A stretch of DNA of 64,000 nucleotides. Origin: Auanema rhodensis (Eukaryota; Animalia; Nematoda). Shown one piece after another: positions 56,305-64,000 of the stretch (its first letter is position 1; each line of letters begins with the position of its first letter). The stretch spans positions 4,464,001 to 4,528,000 of the forward strand of contig OZ059897.1 in the NCBI GenBank assembly GCA_964057225.1, written 5' to 3'. The translations under genes and the position numbers were made by a program. The notes under the pieces were generated by a model. That model was not told the origin of the DNA, searched no databases, and worked only from the letters and a program-made list of their open reading frames with translations.

Positions 56305-59111
56305 TGCACTATACTACATTGAGAAACGCTCTATACAAAAATTAGTTATGATCGTTTGAAAAATAATGCATTAGTGTATGCTGAGTTCCCATGTACACTC
56401 AACATTGCTTCCAAAAACATTGTGACAAAAATTTTCCCGAAAAATTTCTAAATAATTTCACAAAAAGTAGGAGTTTTTAGATTTCTTTTTTCAAGGCAAA
56501 GATGATGGACAATGTTATTCAACGAAAAAATTAATTCTTCAGGGTGAAAATCGAGGATATAAGTGTGAACCTATATCAGTTGATATCTCGGTGCATTTTC
56601 AAGCTAACTCAAATCTGATAACACAGATCGACGCAGCTTAAAAATCCGCATCGAATGCACTATACTACATTGAGAAACGCTCCATACAAAAATTAGTTAT
56701 GATCGTTTGAAAAATAATGCATTAGTGTATGTTGAGTTCCCATGTACACTCAACATTGCTTCCAAAAACATTTTGACAAAAATTTTCCCGAAAATTTTCT
56801 GAATAATTTCACGAAAAGTAGGAGTTTTTAGATTTCTTTTTTCAAGGCAAAGACGATGGACAATGTTATTCAACGAAAAAATTAATTCTTCAGGGTGAAA
56901 ATCGAGGATATAAGTGTGAACCTATATCAGTTGATTACTCGGTGCATTTTTAAGCTAGCGCAAATCTGATAACACAGATCAACGCAGCTTAAAAATCCGC
57001 ATCGAATGCACTATACTACATTGAGAAACGCTCTATACAAAAATTAGTTATGATCGTTTGAAAAATAATGCATTAGTGTATGTTGAGTTCCCATGTACAC
57101 TCAACATTGCTTCCAAAAACATTTTGACAAAAATTTTCCCGAAAAATTTCTGAATAATTTCACAAAAAGTAGATGTTTTTAGATTCTTTTTTTTAAGACG
57201 AATACGATGGACAATGTTTTTCAACGAAAAAATCATTTCTTCAGGGTGAAAATCGAGGATATAAGTGTGAACATATATCAGTTGATATCTCGGTGCATTT
57301 TTAAGCTAACTCAAATCTGATAACACAGATCGACGCAGCTTAAAAATCCGCATCGAATGCACTATACTACATTGAGAAACGCTCTATACAAAAATTAGTT
57401 ATGATCGTTTGAAAAATAATGCATTAGTGTATGCTGAGTTCCCATGTACACTCAACATTGCTTCCAAAAACATTGTGACAAAAATTTTCCCGAAAAATTT
57501 CTAAATAATTTCACAAAAAGTAGGAGTTTTTAGATTTTTTTTTTCAAGGCAAAGACGATGGACAACGTTATTCAACGAAAAAATTAATTCTTCAGGGTGA
57601 AAATCGAGGATATAAGTGTGAACATATATCAGTTGATATCTCGGTGCATTTTCAAGCTAACTCAAATCTGATAACACAGATCGACGCAGCTTAAAAATCC
57701 GCATCGAATGCACTATACTACATTGAGAAACGCTCTAAACAAAAATTAGTTATGATCGTTTAAAAATAATGCATTAGTGTATGCTGAGTTCCCATGTACA
57801 CTCAACATTGCTTCCAAAAACATTGTGACAAAAATTTTCCCGAAAAATTTCTAAATAATTTCACAAAAAGTAGGAGTTTTTAGATTTCTTTTTTCAAGGC
57901 AAAGATGATGGACAATGTTATTCAACGAAAAAATTAATTCTTCAGGGTGAAAATCGAGGATATAAGTGTGAACCTATATCAGTTGATATCTCGGTGCATT
58001 TTCAAGCTAACTCAAATCTGATAACACAGATCGACGCAGCTTAAAAATCCGCATCGAATGCACTATACTACATTGAGAAACGCTCCATACAAAAATTAGT
58101 TATGATCGTTTGAAAAATAATGCATTAGTGTATGTTGAGTTCCCATGTACACTCAACATTGCTTCCAAAAACATTTTGACAAAAATTTTCCCGAAAATTT
58201 TCTGAATAATTTCACGAAAAGTAGGAGTTTTTAGATTTCTTTTTTCAAGGCAAAGACGATGGACAATGTTATTCAACGAAAAAATTAATTCTTCAGGGTG
58301 AAAATCGAGGATATAAGTGTGAACCTATATCAGTTGATTACTCGGTGCATTTTTAAGCTAGCGCAAATCTGATAACACAGATCAACGCAGCTTAAAAATC
58401 CGCATCGAATGCACTATACTACATTGAGAAACGCTCTATACAAAAATTAGTTATGATCGTTTGAAAAATAATGCATTAGTGTATGTTGAGTTCCCATGTA
58501 CACTCAACATTGCTTCCAAAAACATTTTGACAAAAATTTTCCCGAAAAATTTCTGAATAATTTCACAAAAAGTAGATGTTTTTAGATTCTTTTTTTTAAG
58601 ACGAATACGATGGACAATGTTTTTCAACGAAAAAATCATTTCTTCAGGGTGAAAATCGAGGATATAAGTGTGAACATATATCAGTTGATATCTCGGTGCA
58701 TTTTTAAGCTAACTCAAATCTGATAACACAGATCGACGCAGCTTAAAAATCCGCATCGAATGCACTATACTACATTGAGAAACGCTCTATACAAAAATTA
58801 GTTATGATCGTTTGAAAAATAATGCATTAGTGTATGCTGAGTTCCCATGTACACTCAACATTGCTTCCAAAAACATTGTGACAAAAATTTTCCCGAAAAA
58901 TTTCTAAATGATTTCACGAAAAGTAGGAGTTTTTAGATTTCTTTTTTCAAGGCAAAGACGATGGACAATGTTATTCAACGAAAAAATTAATTCTTCAGGG
59001 TGAAAATCGAGGATATAAGTGTGAACCTATATCAGTTGATTACTCGGTGCATTTTTAAGCTAGCGCAAATCTGATAACACAGATCAACGCAGCTTAAAAA
59101 TCCGCATCGAA
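56305..59111 (-). repeat. Approximate 4-monomer higher-order duplication
   Basis: RLKKK-variant ORFs at 57048/58451 are 1403 bp apart (1404 minus a 1-bp deletion near 57761). The hybrid TTTTCTGAATAATTTCACG monomer repeats. The fourth monomer differs between the copies. Confidence 0.75.
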
Positions 59112-62100
59112 TGCACTATACTACATTGAGAAACGCTCCATACAAAAATTAGTTATGATCGTTTGAAAAATAATGCATTAGTGTATGCTGAGTTCCCATG
59201 TACACTCAACATTGCTTCCAAAAACATTGTGACAAAAATTTTCCCGAAAAATTTCTAAATAATTTCACAAAAAGTAGGAGTTTTTAGATTTCTTTTTTCA
59301 AGGCAAAGATGATGGACAATGTTATTCAACGAAAAAATTAATTCTTCAGGGTGAAAATCGAGGATATAAGTGTGAACCTATATCAGTTGATTACTCGGTG
59401 CATTTTTAAGCTAGCGCAAATCTGATAACACAGATCAACGCAGCTTAAAAATCCGCATCGAATGCACTATACTACATTGAGAAACGCTCCATACAAAAAT
59501 TAGTTATGATCGTTTGAAAAATAATGCATTAGTGTATGTTGAGTTCCCATGTACACTCAACATTGCTTCCAAAAACATTTTGACAAAAATTTTCCCGAAA
59601 AATTTCTGAATAATTTCACAAAAAGTAGATGTTTTTAGATTCTTTTTTTCAAGACGAATACGATGGACAATGTTTTTCAACGAAAAAATCATTTCTTCAG
59701 GGTGAAAATCGAGGATATAAGTGTGAACATATATCAGTTGATATCTCGGTGCATTTTTAAGCTAACTCAAATTTGATAACACAGATCGACGCAGCTTAAA
59801 AATCCGCATCGAATGCACTATACTACATTGAGAAACGCTCTATACAAAAATTAGTTATGATCGTTTGAAAAATAATGCATTAGTGTATGCTGAGTTCCCA
59901 TGTACACTCAACATTGCTTCCAAAAACATTTTGACAAAAATTTTCCCGAAAAATTTCTGAATAATTTCACAAAAAGTAGATGTTTTTAGATTCTTTTTTT
60001 CAAGACGAATACGATGGACAATGTTTTTCAACGAAAAAATCATTTCTTCAGGGTGAAAATCGAGGATATAAGTGTGAACATATATCAGTTGATATCTCGG
60101 TGCATTTTTAAGCTAGCGCAAATCTGATAACACAGATCAACGCAGCTCAAAAATCCGCATCGAATGCACTATACTACATTGAGAAACGCTCCATACAAAA
60201 ATTAGTTATGATCGTTTGAAAAATAATGCATTAGTGTATGCTGAGTTCCCATGTACACTCAACATTGCTTCCAAAAACATTGTGACAAAAATTTTCCCGA
60301 AAAATTTCTAAATAATTTCACAAAAAGTAGATGTTTTTAGATTCTTTTTTTCAAGACGAATACGATGGACAATGTTTTTCAACGAAAAAATCATTTCTTC
60401 AGGGTGAAAATCGAGGATATAAGTGTGAACATATATCAGTTGATTACTCGGTGCATTTTTAAGCTAGCGCAAATCTGATAACACAGATCAACGCAGCTCA
60501 AAAATCCGCATCGAATGCACTATACTACATTAAGAAACGCTCTATTTAAAAATTAGTTATGATCGTTTGAAAAATAATGCATTAGTGTATGCTGAGTTCC
60601 CATGTACACTCAACATTGCTTCCAAAAACATTGTGACAAAAATTTTCCCGAAAAATTTCTAAATAATTTCACAAAAAGTAGGAGTTTTTAAATTTCTTTT
60701 CTCAAGGCAAAGACGATGGACAATGTTATTCAACGAAAAAATTAATTCTTCAGGGTGAAAATCGAGGATATAAGTGTGAACCTATATCAGTTGATTACTC
60801 GGTGCATTTTTAAGCTAGCGCAAATCTGATAACACAGATCAACGCAGCTCAAAAATCCGCATCGAATGCACTATACTACATTGAGAAACGCTCCATACAA
60901 AAATTAGTTATGATCGTTTGAAAAATAATGCATTAGTGTATGCTGAGTTCCCATGTACACTCAACATTGCTTCCAAAAACATTGTGACAAAAATTTTCCC
61001 GAAAAATTTCTAAATAATTTCACAAAAAGTAGGAGTTTTTAGATTTTTTTTTTCAAGGCAAAGACGATGGACAATGTTATTCAACGAAAAAATTAATTCT
61101 TCAGGGTGAAAATCGAGGATATAAGTGTGAACCTATATCAGTTGATTACTCGGTGCATTTTTAAGCTAGCGCAAATCTGATAACACAGATCAACGCAGCT
61201 TAAAAATCCGCATCGAATGCACTATACTACATTGAGAAACGCTCCATACAAAAATTAGTTATGATCGTTTGAAAAATAATGCATTAGTGTATGTTGAGTT
61301 CCCATGTACACTCAACATTGCTTCCAAAAACATTTTGACAAAAATTTTCCCGAAAATTTTCTGAATAATTTCACAAAAAGTAGATGTTTTTAGATTCTTT
61401 TTTTCAAGACGAATACGATGGACAATGTTTTTCAACGAAAAAATCATTTCTTCAGGGTGAAAATCGAGGATATAAGTGTGAACATATATCAGTTGATATC
61501 TCGGTGCATTTTTAAGCTAACTCAAATCTGATAACACAGATCGACGCAGCTTAAAAATCCGCATCGAATGCACTATACTACATTGAGAAACGCTCTATAC
61601 AAAAATTAGTTATGATCGTTTGAAAAATAATGCATTAGTGTATGCTGAGTTCCCATGTACACTCAACATTGCTTCCAAAAACATTGTGACAAAAATTTTC
61701 CCGAAAAATTTCTAAATAATTTCACAAAAAGTAGATGTTTTTAGATTCCTTTTTTCAAGACGAATACGATGGACAATGTTTTTCAACGAAAAAATCATTT
61801 CTTCAGGGTGAAAATCGAGGATATAAGTGTGAACATATATCAGTTGATATCTCGGTGCATTTTCAAGCTAACTCAAATCTGATAACACAGATCGACGCAG
61901 CTTAAAAATCCGCATCGAATGCACTATACTACATTGAGAAACGCTCTATACAAAAATTAGTTATGATCGTTTGAAAAATAATGCATTAGTGTATGCTGAG
62001 TTCCCATGTACACTCAACATTGCTTCCAAAAACATTGTGACAAAAATTTTCCCGAAAAATTTCTAAATAATTTCACAAAAAGTAGGAGTTTTTAGATTTT

Positions 62101-64000
62101 TTTTTTCAAGGCAAAGACGATGGACAACGTTATTCAACGAAAAAATTAATTCTTCAGGGTGAAAATCGAGGATATAAGTGTGAACCTATATCAGTTGATT
62201 ACTCGGTGCATTTTTAAGCTAGCGCAAATCTGATAACACAGATCAACGCAGCTTAAAAATCCGCATCGAATGCACTATACTACATTGAGAAACGCTCCAT
62301 ACAAAAATTAGTTATGATCGTTTGAAAAATAATGCATTAGTGTATGCTGAGTTCCCATGTACACTCAACATTGCTTCCAAAAACATTGTGACAAAAATTT
62401 TCCCGAAAAATTTCTAAATAATTTCACAAAAAGTAGATGTTTTTAGATTCTTTTTTTCAAGACGAATACGATGGACAATGTTTTTCAACGAAAAAATCAT
62501 TTCTTCAGGGTGAAAATCGAGGATATAAGTGTGAACATATATCAGTTGATTACTCGGTGCATTTTTAAGCTAGCGCAAATCTGATAACACAGATCAACGC
62601 AGCTCAAAAATCCGCATCGAATGCACTATACTACATTAAGAAACGCTCTATTTAAAAATTAGTTATGATCGTTTGAAAAATAATGCATTAGTGTATGCTG
62701 AGTTCCCATGTACACTCAACATTGCTTCCAAAAACATTGTGACAAAAATTTTCCCGAAAAATTTCTAAATAATTTCACAAAAAGTAGGAGTTTTTAGATT
62801 TCTTTTTTCAAGGCAAAGATGATGGACAATGTTATTCAACGAAAAAATTAATTCTTCAGGGTGAAAATCGAGGATATAAGTGTGAACCTATATCAGTTGA
62901 TTACTCGGTGCATTTTTAAGCTAGCGCAAATCTGATAACACAGATCAACGCAGCTTAAAAATCCGCATCGAATGCACTATACTACATTGAGAAACGCTCC
63001 ATACAAAAATTAGTTATGATCGTTTGAAAAATAATGCATTAGTGTATGTTGAGTTCCCATGTACACTCAACATTGCTTCCAAAAACATTGTGACAAAAAT
63101 TTTCCCGAAAAATTTCTAAATAATTTCACAAAAAGTAGGAGTTTTTAGATTTTTTTTTTCAAGGCAAAGACGATGGACAATGTTATTCAACGAAAAAATT
63201 AATTCTTCAGGGTGAAAATCGAGGATATAAGTGTGAACCTATATCAGTTGATTACTCGGTGCATTTTTAAGCTAGCGCAAATCTGATAACACAGATCAAC
63301 GCAGCTTAAAAATCCGCATCGAATGCACTATACTACATTGAGAAACGCTCCATACAAAAATTAGTTATGATCGTTTGAAAAATAATGCATTAGTGTATGT
63401 TGAGTTCCCATGTACACTCAACATTGCTTCCAAAAACATTGTGACAAAAATTTTCCCGAAAAATTTCTAAATAATTTCACAAAAAGTAGGAGTTTTTAGA
63501 TTTTTTTTTTCAAGGCAAAGACGATGGACAATGTTATTCAACGAAAAAATTAATTCTTCAGGGTGAAAATCGAGGATATAAGTGTGAACCTATATCAGTT
63601 GATTACTCGGTGCATTTTTAAGCTAGCGCAAATCTGATAACACAGATCAACGCAGCTTAAAAATCCGCATCGAATGCACTATACTACATTGAGAAACGCT
63701 CCATACAAAAATTAGTTATGATCGTTTGAAAAATAATGCATTAGTGTATGTTGAGTTCCCATGTACACTCAACATTGCTTCCAAAAACATTTTGACAAAA
63801 ATTTTCCCGAAAATTTTCTGAATAATTTCACAAAAAGTAGATGTTTTTAGATTCTTTTTTTCAAGACGAATACGATGGACAATGTTTTTCAACGAAAAAA
63901 TCATTTCTTCAGGGTGAAAATCGAGGATATAAGTGTGAACATATATCAGTTGATATCTCGGTGCATTTTTAAGCTAACTCAAATCTGATAACACAGATCG

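Larger units (their letters stand above)
36555..64000 (-). repeat. Same 351-bp satellite, reverse-complemented block (about 78 monomers)
   Basis: From 36555 the sequence is the reverse complement of the monomer (e.g. AAAATCCGCATCGAA ending at 36652, 37003, 38407). The 62-aa ORF copies move to the - strand. Spacings are multiples of 351 apart from five 1-bp deletions. Confidence 0.99.

Noticed and set aside
3632-63904. 31 copies of a 62-aa ORF (MIFSLKNIVHRIRLEKK...) at monomer positions 122-310
   Set aside because: It is open only when a monomer has both the ATG allele (122-124) and CAG rather than TAG (206-208). Most monomers lack one, and another copy has a TGA near 18174. The K/F/I/N-rich composition mirrors the A/T runs and no domain is recognisable. 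It recurs in one frame only because 351 is divisible by 3.
1-64000. CRISPR array or variable-cassette system
   Set aside because: There are no unique spacers; the entire 351 bp is repeated with SNP-level variation only. There are no cas, recombinase or reverse-transcriptase genes.

Overview
The whole 64-kb window is one AT-rich tandem satellite array, most likely eukaryotic (peri)centromeric or heterochromatic DNA. The monomer is 351 bp (monomer 1 = 1-351, about 33% GC by hand count) and there are about 182 copies. About 104 monomers run on the + strand (1-36556). The array then flips, and about 78 monomers run on the - strand (36555-64000). The flip is a precise fold-back-type junction with a 2-bp TA microhomology at 36555-36556, a 45-bp spacer (36557-36601) and 208-bp perfectly complementary arms. 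Beyond those arms the two sides carry different private variants. Monomers are mosaics of two archetypes (A and B, about 20 diagnostic positions) arranged in short local higher-order repeats (2-, 3-, 4-, 5- and 6-mers) and in larger variant domains. The main domain boundary is near 27.45 kb, not at the inversion. Each monomer contains a ~67-bp imperfect hairpin and several smaller dyads. I found no credible protein-coding gene, RNA gene, transposon or CRISPR array; the recurring 62-aa ORF is a by-product of two satellite SNP sites. I cannot identify the species or name the satellite family from the sequence alone.
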